Source: Phaeosaccion multiseriatum (taxonomy: Eukaryota; Protista; Ochrophyta, other classes). From it: 64,000 nt of DNA. Shown piece by piece: positions 39,453 to 52,800 of this stretch. Numbering within the stretch: the stretch's first letter is position 1; every line of letters begins with the position of its first letter. The notes below the pieces were generated by a model. The model had not been told where the DNA came from, searched no databases, and saw only the letters and a list, made by a program, of their open reading frames with translations. The translations under genes and the position numbers were made by a program. The DNA lies in contig OZ218960.1 in assembly GCA_965112735.1 (NCBI GenBank), positions 558,001 through 622,000 of the forward strand, given 5' to 3'.

Positions 39453-40883
39453 CCAGGAGGCACAGAAGAAAGAAGTGTGGCGCGGAAAAGAGAACAGGAG
39501 GCGAAAGGAAGAGTCGCTACGGGCGAAACATCGACCACACCACTCCACCACAGCGGTGAAGCAGGAGGCAGTCACTAAGGAAGCTGTACTGACGCACTGA
39601 TTTACTGTCAGTCACTGACTTAGTGCCACTGACTTAGTGTCACTGACTTAGTGTCAGTCACTGACTTAGTGCCACTGACTTACTGTCTGTATCCAGCCTC
39701 CAGAACTCCTGCTCGATGAGGTCCAAGAGTGGCTTGTCGAGCCTGCCGAGAGTCATGAGCTGGGGAGAGGAGGGGATGGAGGAGGAGGAGGAGGAGGAGG
39801 AAGGGGAGGAGGAAGGGGAGGAGGGAGAGGAGGAGGAGGAGGAGGAGGGGGAGGAGGAGGGGGAGGAGGAGGGGGAAGCGGAAGGGGAGGAGGAGCGGGA
39901 GGAGGGAGAGGAGGAGGGGGAGGAGGAGGGGGAGGAGGAGGAGGAGGATGAGGAGGAGGAGGAGGACCAGGGAGAGAAGGAGGAGGGGGAGGAGAGAACG
40001 GGGGGGGAAGGAGGAGGAGGAGGAGGAGGAGGAGGAGGAGGAGGAGGAGGAGGGGTGAGGAAAGGACAGGAACGGAACTGTCTCAGGCATACTTCTTTGT
40101 ACTCCAGCTCAAGTTCGTTGGGCATGCCTCTTTACGGCCCGCAGCTAGGCTCTACTTCGATTGAGTGGGTGGCTCTGAGTGGGTCTAATTGGGTCTCTAC
40201 TTGGGGCACATCCCTATAAACGATATCCCGCCTCGTGACATACCTTGAGGCAGAGAAATTCGAACTTGTCGACATCCCCCTCCTTGGCCTCGAGGCGCTG
40301 CACCACCTCCACATCCATCGCATCCACCTGTGAGTGAGTGAGGAGGGGGAAGAAGAGGAGTTGGAGGAATGGAAGGAGGAGGAGGAGGAGGAGGAGGAGG
40401 TGGAGGAGGTGGAGGAGGAGGAGGAGGTGGAGGAGGTGGTGGTGGTGGTGGTGGTGGTGGTGGAGGAGGAGGAGGAGGAGTAGGTGGTGGTGGTGGTGGT
40501 GGTCGAGGAGGCGGAGGAGGGGGTAGTTGTGGTGGTGGTGGTGGTGGTGGAGGAGGAGGAGGAGGAGGAGGAGGAGGGGAGAAGGAGGAGGAAGAGGAGG
40601 AAGAGGAAGAGGAAGAGGAGGAGGAGGAGGAGGAGGAGGAGGAGGAGGAGGAGGCGGAGGAGGCGGAGGAGGCGGAGGAGGCGGAGGAGGAGGAGGAGGA
40701 GGAGGTGGTGGTGGTGGTGGTGGAGGAGGAGGAGGAGGAGGAGGAGGAGGAGGAGGAGGAGGAGGAGGAGGAGGAGGAGGAGGAGGAGGAGGAGGAGGAG
40801 GAGGAGGAGGAGGAGGAGGAGGAGGATGAGGATCAGCGAGGGGCAGCGAGGCGAGGTCAAACAGGCGAGGCAGGCAAGTAGGC

Positions 40884-40932
<49 letters not shown>

Positions 40933-43429
40933 GGCAGACAGGCAGGTAGATAGACAGGCCAGCTCTCCATCCAGTGCCATCTTCATCCCCATCCATTGCC
41001 ATCACCACCCCCTCATCCACTGCCATCCACTGCCATCCGCTGCAATCCTCTGCCATTCCAAGACCTTACCTTCCCTCCGATGAGATCCCTGAGCCTCGCA
41101 TCGTGGTATCTGTCCACGATAGCGGAAGCAACCTGCCCAAGGGCCATCGCGAACACTGGGTTGAGGGAAGGGGGGAGGGAGGGAGAGGTCGAGGGTTACC
41201 TTACGTTGCTTACATTACGTTAGGGGGGGGGGGCTCTCTTCAGCGAGGAAGTGGCCCCTCTCGTGCGGAGGGAAGGGCGGAGGGTTACCTTACGTTATTA
41301 GCCTATGTCAGGGGGAGAGTCACTTCAACTTCAACGAGGGAGGCAGTCCACGCACCCACGCACGCATGTACTCACGCACCCCTCCAAAGAGACCCCAGAC
41401 AGGGTAGGAGTTACAGTTCATTCCATATGCCTCACAACCTTCATTGGCTTATTACCTGGAATGCCGGTGATGAGGAAGACGCTGACGAACCACATGGAAA
41501 GGGCTCCTTCAGATGGCGACTGCAGCCCCGCCGTGGAGAGCGCGGTCACAGCGAAGTACACGCTCTGAAGAGAGAGAGAGGCGAAGTAGATGAAACGACA
41601 GGGATCGAGAGAGAGACAAAGAGAGAGATTGAGAGAGAGACAAAGAGAGAGAAATCGAGAGAGAGAGATCGAGAGAGAGAGAGATCGAGAGAGAGAAAGA
41701 GAGAGATACAGAGCAAGACAGAGAGAGGGAAAGAGAAAGAGGGAGGGAGAGAGAGGGAGGGAGAGAGAGAGAAAGAGAGAGAGAGAGGAAGAGAGAGAGA
41801 GAGAGGGAGAGAGAGGGAGAGAAAGAGAGGGAGAGAGAGGGAGAGACAAAGAGGGAGAGACAAAGAGGGAGAGACAAAGAGAGAGACAAAGAGGGAGAGA
41901 CAAAGAGGGAGAGACAAAGAGGGAGAGACAAAGAGGGCGAGACAAAGAGGGAGAGACAAAGAGGGAGAGACAAAGAGGGAGAGACAAAGAGGGAGAGACA
42001 AAGAGGGAGAGACAAAGAGGGCGAGACAAAGAGGGAGAGACAAAGAGGGAGAGACAAAGAGGGAGAGACAAAGAGGGAGAGACAAAGAGGTGCTGTGGTA
42101 AGAAGGGGGCCAATCTCCCTCTCTCTCTCATCATGGGGAGAGGAGGCGTGGTGTTCGTGGCTTTGTGTGTGCGTGCGTGTGCAGAGGGGGGTGGACAGGG
42201 TGGATGGCTTGGGTGGTGCTTATGCGAGCGAGGTGTGGGATGAGCTGGGGACCCACCCCATAACCCATTGCAATAGGGCTGAGAACGATCGGGGACTGGG
42301 CGTGGGCAGGGGAATGCACGGCAGAGTGATCGCCTGGGGAAAGGGTACAATCGCAATACTGATCGACCGACGAATGTCTCTCTGTCCCTCTCTCCCTCCC
42401 TCCCTCCCTCGCTCGCACCCTCCCTCCCTCCCGCCCTCCCTCCCTCCCTCCCTCCGTCCCTCCGTCCCTCCCTCCCTCCCTCCCTCCCTCTCTCCCTCCC
42501 TCCCTCCCTCCCTCCCTCCCTCCCGTCATGGTCGTCCCTACGGTCCTCACCCTTGCTGCGCTCCATCCTTCGCCATACACTCCGTAGACAGTACCCATTG
42601 CTATCCACGTAAGGAGTGCACCAAGTACTCGCAGCCTGTCCGTGTTGCACATCCACCACAGCTGCTCACAGATGGGGAATCGTCGACATTTGTCATCAGG
42701 TTGGTATAGGGTGTAGGAAGGGAGGGGGGGGGGAGTATGGCAAAGCGGAATAGGCAGAGCGGGAAAAGGAGGAGGAGAGAATGACGGGGGGGGGGGGGAG
42801 GCAGTGGGAGTGAGCTGAGCAGGCTTGAAGCGGCAGTTTCAGCTTCAGTTTCTATTTTCAAGGGAGGTATACTGGCCTGCTTGGGAGGGAGCAACATCAT
42901 ATAGCCATATCCACACAAGCATATGGGTGTAGGGGAAGGAGTCGGCCTAACTACACTGAAACTGAAACTGAAACTGAAAGTGAAAAATGGGACTGATACT
43001 AAGACTGAAACTGACCTTGAGCCTTGTGGCCCGGCTCGTGCGTGCGTCCTCCAAGAATCGGCGGAAGTCATTCATCTCCAGGCTACCTGAGAGGGGGGGA
43101 GACGAGGGAGGGAGGGGAGGGGAGGGAGGGAGGGGGGGGAGTGGAAGGAGGGAGGGGAGGGAGGGGAGGGAGGAGAGGGAGGGAGGGAGGGAGGGAGGGA
43201 GGGAGGGAGGGGAGGGGAGGGGAGGGGAGGGGAGGGGAGGGGAGGGGAGGGGAGGGGAGGGGAGAGAGGAGGGAGGGAGGGAGGGAGGGAGGGAGGGAGG
43301 GAGAGAGAGAGAGAAGGGCGAGAGAGAGAAGGGCGAGAGAGAGAAGGGCGAGAGAGAGAAGGGCGAGAGGGGCGGGTGAGAGGGACGACAGGGCGAGAGA
43401 GAAAGAGAGCGAGGTAGAGACAAAGAAAA

Positions 43430-43461
<32 letters not shown>

Positions 43462-45101
43462 GGATAGGCAGACAGTCAGTGTCAGTGTGCTGTCTCTGTG
43501 CAATCCCGACTCACGTCTATGACCACCGCGCACCCACACACCCACACACCTACACACCCACACACCCACACACCCACACGCCCAAGCACCCACGTACCGA
43601 TTCCTTTCTTATCTAGCGAGCGGAAGAGGCGCGGAATGTCCCTTCTGTGAAAGCCCCACTCTCTGTGCTCGCACACGCATGGAGAGAGCAGAGGCGTTGG
43701 GTGATGCAACGGTTGGTCATACAGCAGACAGACGGGCAGACAGGCAGGGTGAGTGAGTGGGCGCAAGGCATGTTTCAATCTGATGTCACTGAGTGTCTTA
43801 AAGGCACAGCAGAGGGTGTGCGGTCAGGGCGGGCGTGCGTGTGAGGGTGCGCGCCTGCCCCTCTCTGTCTTGTCCGCACACAAATTACATGACGTTACAT
43901 AAAGTTACGTGAGGTACGCACCTGTTTGATAGCACGTGCTTCTCAAAGCACGGGTAGTCCATCTGTGAGAGGGTGAGTGGGTGAGTGGGTGAGAGAGTGA
44001 GGGAAGGAGTGAGGGGGTGCATGAGTGAGTGAATGTGTGAGTGAGTGAGTGAGTGAGTGAGTGAGAGGAGGAGAGGACAACAGATGGAGTGGGGGCGAAG
44101 CGAGGGGAGGGAGCTGAGTGCTGGAGAAAAGGGAGGTAGGCACACCCTGCATCACCAAAAGTCCAGATCACATCCACCCACACCCACACAGAACTCACCC
44201 ATCCATCCATCCACCCACACACACCCACCCATCCATCCACCCACACACACCCATCCATCCACACACACACACACCCATCCATCCATCCACCCACACACAC
44301 ACACCCATCCATCCACCCACACACACCCATCCATCCATCCACCCACACACACACCCACACCCACCCACCCATCCATCCACCCACACACACCCATCCATCC
44401 ATCCACCCACACACACCCACCCATCCATCCACCCACACACACCCATCCATCCATCCACCCACACACACACACCCATCCATCCATCCACACACACACACAC
44501 CCATCCATCCACCCACACACACACACCCATCCATCCACACACACACACACCCATCCATCCATCCACACACACACACACACCCATCCATCCACACACACAC
44601 ACACACCCATCCATCCATCCACACACACACCCATCCATCCACACACACACACACCCATCCATCCATCCACACACACACACACCCATCCATCCACACACAC
44701 ACACACCCATCCATCCATCCACACACACACACACCCATCCATCCACCCACACACACACACCCATCCATCCATCCACACACACACACACACCCATCCATCC
44801 ATCCATCCACACACACACACCCATCCATCCACCCACACACACCCACCCACCCATCCATCCACACACACACACACCCATCCATCCACCCACACCCACCCAC
44901 CCATCCATCCACACACACACACACCCATCCATCCATCCACACACACACACCCATCCATCCATCCACCCACACCCACCCACCCATCCATCCACACACACAC
45001 ACACCCATCCATCCATCCACACACACACACACACCCATCCATCCACCCACACACACACACCCATCCGTCCACCCACACACACACACACGAACCACACACT
45101 C

Positions 45102-45173
<72 letters not shown>

Positions 45174-46933
45174 ACACACACACGCCCACACGCGCACACG
45201 CCCGCACACACCCACCCGTCCGTCTCCTTCGAGGTCGTTGTCGGCTAAGGCGTCAAGAGAAGCAGCCACAACCTCGTTGTACGCATCCTGAGGGGGGGTG
45301 GATGGCAGTGGGTGGCAGTGCGTGGGTGTGGGTGGGTGAGTGGGTGGGTGGGACGAAGGAAGGCCCTGACTGTGCCCCTACCTACCCCTTTCCTTCCTTC
45401 CTTCCCACCCACCTACCTACCTACCTACCCACCTACCTACCTACCTACCCACCTACCTACCTGCCTCCCTACCTACCTACCTACCTACCTACCTACCTTC
45501 CCACCAACCTACCTACCTATCTACCTACGGACCTACGGACCTACGGACCTACCTGATCGTTGAGCACCCCCTCAACGAAGAGCGCCAAACAGGCAGAGAA
45601 TAAGACGGCTCCGATGAGAACAAATCCCACTACAAAGAGCATCGTCTGCTCCCCCTCGATGCTGAACATGTCGAAACCCACACTGGGGCAGTTGGTGACA
45701 CAGTTGATGTAACAGTTGCGATGAAGTTGGAGATAGAGTTGATGACATGGTGGAGCAGTGCCAGCGGGAGGCGGGGGAGGAGGGGGGAGCGGGGAGTGAG
45801 AGGAACGAATTGGCAGCAGCGGCAGAAGCAAGCAGCAGTTCGTGACACAACAGCACGAGGGAGGTAAGAGCCTGATAGGCCATCCGAGAGTGAGCTGGGC
45901 ATGCAAGAAGGAGCAGCAAGGCCAACCGTTCACGAGCTGCCATCTAGGCGCCACCTACACAGCTAAGCTAAGCACAGGCTCGGCTCGAGGGCAGCCGCCT
46001 CGGCCTTCACGCTGTCCGTGCTCGGAATCTCGAACACCAATACAACTCGAGGTCAAAGTCGAGGTCAAAGTCGAGGTCACATCCTTTACCTCAGGCCAGC
46101 CTGCACGGTGAAGCAGAGAGCTTGGCTGGCGTCGAGGCCGGAGTAGAGGCGGAAGAAGAGAAAGCCGGTAAGGGCCCAGAGCAGCGTGACACCGGCAAAG
46201 GTGAGCCTGAAGCGGCCCAGCAGCGTCACTCCCTGCCCTCCTTCGCGGCACCCCAGCAGCGACCACAGAGTTGACAGTGACCACCACCGCCCTTGCTCTC
46301 CTGCTCAGACAGGGACAAGGACAGAGAAGGGACAAGGACGTGGAAGGCCAGACGAGGCCCACCGCGGCGGTAGGAGCAGCAGAAGAAGGACAATTGAAGG
46401 AGCAGCAGCAGAAGGAGGATTGAGCGCCGAGGACGGGGATCAGGTAGAGCGTGAGTCGCTCGCGGCCTTTTATCCGGAGACAGAGAGAGAGAGAGAAGAA
46501 AGAACCCATCATGTCCTTCCCCACACTGGACACTCTAATCGGCTCTTTATCATGGGGGAGAGAAGGAGAGGAACTGAGCGAAATCCAGCATCAAGCTCTC
46601 TTTTCACCCTCACTCACCACTCGTCCGATCCTTCTCGCCGCGTGCTCCATCGGTGCACGCTTCAGTTCTCATAAAAGCACTCGACGAGCAGCGCTTTAAG
46701 TTTGCCAATAGTAGGGCGTGGCTCCCGACGGAGGGTCTACGCTGCAGAGTTGCAGGAGCTGCCCCTCCCTCTCCCTTTTGGGCAAACAACGTTGGGGAGC
46801 CAGGCTGAGCCTCCTTCTGCTGTGGAACCTTGCTGAGTGAGCTCCCTTGTGAAGAGCTGCTGGCGCTGCTCCCATCACCCGACCCGTCTGCCAGCAGGGG
46901 CATCGGAAGACTCTTCTCCTCATCATGCTGCAT
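39054..46933 (-). CDS. TPK/KCO-like two-pore-domain (4TM/2P) cation channel with EF-hands, ~13 exons
   Basis: Spliced: TM1 ([16 protein letters not shown]), pore 1 ([12 protein letters not shown]|VGFD), TM2, EF-hand-like DNDLEGDGR|MD and DKKGIG|SLEMNDF, TM3 ([15 protein letters not shown]), pore 2 ([15 protein letters not shown]), TM4, and a TPK-type tail [12 protein letters not shown]|LMTLGRL...[17 protein letters not shown]. All junctions are GT-AG and in phase. Confidence 0.8.
41600..42090. repeat. GA-rich microsatellite grading into a 14-bp minisatellite (GAGGGAGAGACAAA)n
   Basis: Directly visible, intronic. Confidence 0.9.
44195..45215. repeat. Compound (CCAT)n/(CA)n intronic satellite, ~1 kb
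   Basis: Directly visible. Confidence 0.95.
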
Positions 46934-47410
46934 TTTCTCTACGGCCTTCTGTGGTCCCAGTCAGGCTTGAGTAACGGAAAATTTCAGCTCATCGCTTTCT
47001 TTCTTTTTTTGTGTAGTCAGTGTAGGACGTTGACAAACTCTTCTGAAACGTTAAAAGAGAGAGCGTGGAGGCAAGGCATGGAGGAGAGCGAGCCTGAGTC
47101 TAGAGGCCTGTCACGAGTCGCCAATGATAAGACCAGCGGCGGTACAGGAAGCCAATTACAGAGCCGCTGGAGAGCCATCAAAGACGAGATTATCTCCAGA
47201 GCCACCACTCGATTTTTTTTTTTGAATACTCATCCTCTGACTGGCAACAGGTCGACTACTGTCGGGCTACAGGTTGAGCACGCCACTGTCTCACTACTGT
47301 ACTTAACCTGCACCTGAAAACCAACACCAGACACCCCACGGTCGGACCACTGCCGAACAGCAGTCTGACCCCTATCCAACTACCGTCTGACCGCAGGCTC
47401 TCCACAGCGG

Positions 47411-49295
47411 CTACTGGCTGGGGCGGCTGCTGCCCGCACCGGCGAGGGCCTCACACACTTGAACAAAGCGTTTGACAGAGGCTTCTCTCCTGTCCCCCAT
47501 GGAGGGCCCCAGGGAGTTGCACACTGAAGCTGAGAGGTACCACACCTCACGCAGCGACCGGCGATCATCACATCTGTCGGGTGGAGAGGGAGGGGAGGGG
47601 AGGGGAGGGAGGGGGGGAAGAGAGAGGGGGGAGGCAGGAGGGCAGGAGGGGAGAGGAGGAGGTGAGGGGGGAGACAGAACCGGGGAAGAGATAGAGGGTG
47701 CTGCTGCGGGGGGGTGGAGGAAGAGGGAGAAATGGTCACTCGATAACAGAGGCACTTGATTAACGTTGGCGGGCAAGGACACAGAGAAGGGAAAGGAGGG
47801 GAGAGAAGGGAAGGGAGGGAGGGGAGAGAAGGGAAAGGAGGGAAAAGAAGGGAAGGAAGGGAGGGGAGATACATGCATGGAGGGAAGAGAGGAAAGGAGG
47901 GAGGGGAGGAAAGGAGGGAGGGGAGGAAAGGGAGGAATGGAAGGAAGGAGGGGGAAGGAAGGAGAGAGACAGAGAGTGGGGCTGTTCGATGGCAGCGGAT
48001 GGACAGAGAAACAGACAAGACGGAGGGAGGGAGGGAGGGAGGGAGGGAAGGAGGGTGTCCTGTCTAACCCCACGCCTGCTGCCCCTTGGCGGCTCGTACC
48101 CCCCCAAACAAACCCAACCACCTAACCACCCCACCATCCATCCACCGACCCACCCGCCCACCCACCTATCGAAGGCCTCTGCGGCTTCCTCGAGGGCATC
48201 CAGTGCCTTCCGCAGCCTCCTCTCCCTCCTCCTCCTCCTCCGCCGCTGCTGCGCCTCTCCTCCCCCCTCGCCCCCCTTGAGACTGACCCCTACAGAGCTT
48301 CCACTGGCACTACGAGTGAGCGTACTTCCCTCCTCCGCCAACAGGCTTTTGGCCAGCGCGAGCCACACCAGCCCCTTCTCCTCTAAGGGGGAGTGCTCGA
48401 CGATGTGCGGTAAGCAGGCTTGCACGAGGGACTTAGCCCTAGGGGTGGAGAGGAGGGAGGGAGGGAGGGAGGGAGTAGGAGAGAGAGGGAGAGAGATAAG
48501 AGTCAGGCACACACACACACACACACACAGAGGGAGAGAGAGAGAGCGGAAGGGTATATTTGATGACTTGGAGGAGTCACCTAAGAAACTGAAAGTGTGT
48601 GTGTGTGTGCGTGCGTGTGTGACAGGGAGGTAGAAAAGAAAGCAAAAGGGTGTCTGCCGCACTTAAAAAGACTCGCGCGTGGCAGAGAGCGTTGCAATGG
48701 GTCCGCAGTCCGCGGGCACCCCGCAGTTCCTTGCCATGCACTACCATCCCCACCCACCCACCCCCAAGACCACTCACTTGGAGGCCTGTCCGAGTGCGAG
48801 TCGCACCATCGCGAGAGTGAGTAACGCCTCCTTGTGGAGCGTGTGTAGAGAGAAGGCCTCGCTCACCGCCAGGCAGCGCAGCAGGGGAGGCAGCGCGAGG
48901 ACTCCGCGGTTGGGGTGTCCACTGCTTAGCTCGGCCCGCGCTTGCTGTGTGGGTATGGGCAGGTAGGCACGTAGGAAGGTAGGGAGGGAGGGAGGGGAGG
49001 GAGGGGAGAAGGAGACAGGGAGAGGAAGGGAGGTAGGCATACAGCGAGGCATGCGGGCAGACAGGCCGTCGGCCGGGGTCAAGTTCACAGCGCAAACTCA
49101 GAGAGGAAGGGGATGGCAGTGGATGGCAGTCCAGTCCAGGGAGAGAGGAGCGGGAGCGCGGGGGAGGACGGGCGGCAAGAGAGACAAGATAGGCATATGG
49201 GCAGCAGGCATATGGGGCGTATGGGTGAAAGGGCAAGCAAGTATATTGGCACACGCGCACACACACACACACACACACACACGCGCGCGCACAGA

Positions 49296-49338
<43 letters not shown>

Positions 49339-49821
49339 GTACACACGCACCAGCTGTAGCAGCGCCGCATGCCCCGGTGCGATCCCTCTCTCATCCGTCA
49401 CTCTCTGGGCCGCCTCCAACAACGCTCTTGCCCTCCCCCACTGCCCCTGCGCACAGCGCAAGCGCACTCTGTGCAGACTCGCTTCTGTCTGCAGCTGCGG
49501 CCGTCGCTCCTGATTCAGACATATGCCGTGTCCGATGACTGCAAGCTCCGCGTCGAGGCGAGCCGCCTTGCCGAGCTCTCCCCTGGCGAGGGCGCGGTTG
49601 AGGCGGAGACAGCAGTCGAGGTGGGGCAGCAGCACGCCGGAGGGGTGGCGGTACACTTCCTTTAGACGCGCCATCACCTCCAGCGCCGTGTCGTACGAGC
49701 AGGACCTCTGCGGCTGCTGTATCACCAACTGCTCAAGGCGGCCCTGAGCCTGGGCCTGAGCCTGCCCCTGAGCCTCATCCTGGTCTTGCTGCATGGGCGT
49801 GCGCGCGCGTCCGGCAGCAAC

Positions 49822-49869
<48 letters not shown>

Positions 49870-52800
49870 GTCCTTTCCCTTCCCCTTCGCCCCCGCCTTC
49901 CCCTTCCGCCCCCTCGTCTTCTCCTCCTCCTCGTCCTCCTCCTTCCCTTTCCCGTCCATCTCCTTCTCCCCCTCCCGCTCCATCTCCCCTGCGCCGGTCC
50001 TCCTCTTCCTCCTTCTGCCCCATGAAATGCCATACGCCTCTAGATCCGCTCCCGCCAGAATGGCTTTGATGACATGTGCAACAGCGAGCTGTACCTCCTC
50101 TGCCCCGGCCTCTCTCCCATATACCTGCAGCACGGTACGGGCACCCAACAACGCCTGGAAGGGGTACCCAAAGTCCTGAGGGATGGCAGTGGATGGGGAT
50201 AAGAGGTGGATGAGGATGAAAAGGCAGTGGATGGGGATGACAGTGGCATGGCCGTGGATGGAAGCGGGTAGTGCAGGGCGCGTTAGGTGTGTGTGTGCGT
50301 AGGGAGGAAGTGAGTGAGTGAGTGAGTGAGTGAGTGAGTGAGTGTGTGTGTGGGGGGGGGGAGCTCTCGAGCTCGCACACACGTACTCAGAAAATACAGA
50401 AGGGGGTAGGAAAGACATATTCCTTTTGTTCGGAACATTCCTTTGGTTCAAAAGGAGGAAGACAAGGCAAAAGAAACGAAACCACTGAGAATCGATATTC
50501 CCACCCCACCCCTCCACCCCTCCACTCCTCCACCCAACCACCCCACCCACCCACGCACGCACCCACCAACAACCCACGCACCCACGCACGCACCTGCATA
50601 GCCGCAGCCTCAACGAGCAATCTTTTTGTGGCAATTTGCGCCGCCAGGGCCGCCCGCCGCACCTCCTTCCCCCCTACACCCCCCCCGCCTCTTCCCCCCA
50701 CTCCCCCAGGCCCAGCCCCAAGCACTCCAGTGAGGCCCGCGGTGATGCCTGTATTGAGGTCGAGGTGCAGCCCGAGTGCGGTGGCGTCGCCTCCCTCGGC
50801 CATTGCGAGAAGACCGTAGAGGTGCCGCTCGCCGCTGCTGCTGCTGGCGCCTGTGGGATGGGGTGGGATGGGATGGCAGTGGATGGATAGCAGGGGATGA
50901 TGGATGCCGGGGGGGGGGGGGGGGAGAGTTGCGTGAGTGTGTGTGAGTTCGCCCGTGTGAGTGTGCATGTATGTATGTATGTATGTATGTATGTATGTAT
51001 GTATGTATGTATGTAGGTATGTATGTATGTATGTGTGTATGTATGTGTGTATGTATGTATGTATGTATGTATGTATGTATGTATGTATGTGTATGTATGT
51101 ATGTATGTATGTATGTATGTATGTATGTATGTATGTATGTATATGTATGTATGTATGTGTGTATGTATGTGTGTATGTATGTATGTATGTATGTATGTAT
51201 GTATGTATGTATGTATATATGTATGTATGTATGATGTATCATGCATGTGCATGTATATGTGTGTGTGTTCCGTACCTATTCTGCTTGTGGCGGAGGCGTG
51301 CGCGAGGGACAGTGTGGCGCATGCAGCGACGGAGCTGAGGCCGAGCTCGTCGGCACGCGTGATGCTCCGCCGCAGGACCTCACCCGCCTACAGCAAGGAG
51401 TGAGAAGAAGAGAGGAGGGGGGGATGGTGGGGTAGACAGGGAGTGGGGAGAAGGGGAAGGGGAGATGGCGGATACAGCGGGAGGGTGGACGGGAAGGTGG
51501 GGGGGGTAGAGAGGGAGGGAGGGAGAAAGGGAGGGAGCGGAGGGAGGGAGGGGAAGGGAGGGAGGGGAGGGGAGAGGGAGGGAGGGAGCGGAGGGAGCGG
51601 AGGGAGGGAGGGGAGAGGGAGGGGAGAGGGAGGGGAGAGGGAGGGAGGGGGGGGTATGGCGTGGCGGGTAGGAGGCGGTAAGAGATCAGCAGCAGCAACA
51701 GTAGGGCAAACGACGAGGAGAAGGAAAAGTGAAAGAAAGGGGGGTCCACAACACTTTTGACTCCCTTCCAACTCATGCACGACACCAGCTGCTGCTGCTG
51801 TACCACCAACTGCCCCACCTGCGAGTGCGGAGAAGCCGCCTCAGCCACTGCCGAGTCTCCGTGAACGTGCTGCAGCCACGCGAGGGAGAGAGCCACACAC
51901 ACATGGTCGTTGTGCTGATATGCCACAAGGGGGAGGAGGGGGGGAGGGGAGGCAGGGAGGGAGGTAGAAAGGACAGGAGGAGCAGAGAAAGGCGACAAGG
52001 GCGCAGAGAGTGAGAGGCTACAGAAGGAAGAGAGAATGAGCGAGAGAGAGGAATGGCAGTGAAAAAGTGTGTGTGTGTGTGTGCTTGCTCATGCCGGAGA
52101 GGGCAGCGCAAGCCTCGAACACGTGTGTGCGTGTGTGCACCGTCGCGTCGCACCATCCCGTCGTGACGTGTCACGAGCGGAGAGCACATGCCCCAGAGAC
52201 CCCACCGATACACCTCCAGCATGCCCCCACTTCCACCCCCATCCCCCCCCCCCCCCATCCACTGCCATCCCCCTCTCACCTGCTGCGCCACCCTCATAGC
52301 CTCGTCAAAGGCGTCGATGGCCAAGCGGCGGTGCCCCATGCGGTAGTGAAGCGCCGCCAGAGACAGCACCGCACTGGGGAGGACGTCCTGGGATGGCAGT
52401 GGATGGGAGGGGGGTTGGAAGGCAGTGGATGGGGGTAAGGGGGGAGAGTGGCAGTGGATGAGGATGTGTGTGTGTGCGTGTGAGTGCGTGCGTGAGCGCG
52501 TGTCACACGGCTAAGCAAAGGCCCTCTTTCGATACAGACGGAGAAGAGAGGAGGAGGCACACAGACACGCACTGCCCTTCGAATAAAGTGATAGAGAGAG
52601 AGGAGGGGGGCGAGGGAGAGAGGGATGGAGGGGGGGAGGGAGGACGCTTTGACTGTTTGGCATAGTGTGACACACAAAAACACCCCCCATCCTCCGCCCC
52701 CCTCCCCCCTCCAACCCCTCCTCCTCCTCCTCCCCCTCCTCCTCCTCCTCTTCCTCCTCCTCCTCCTCCTCTCCCTCCTCCTCCTCCTCCTCCTCCCCCT

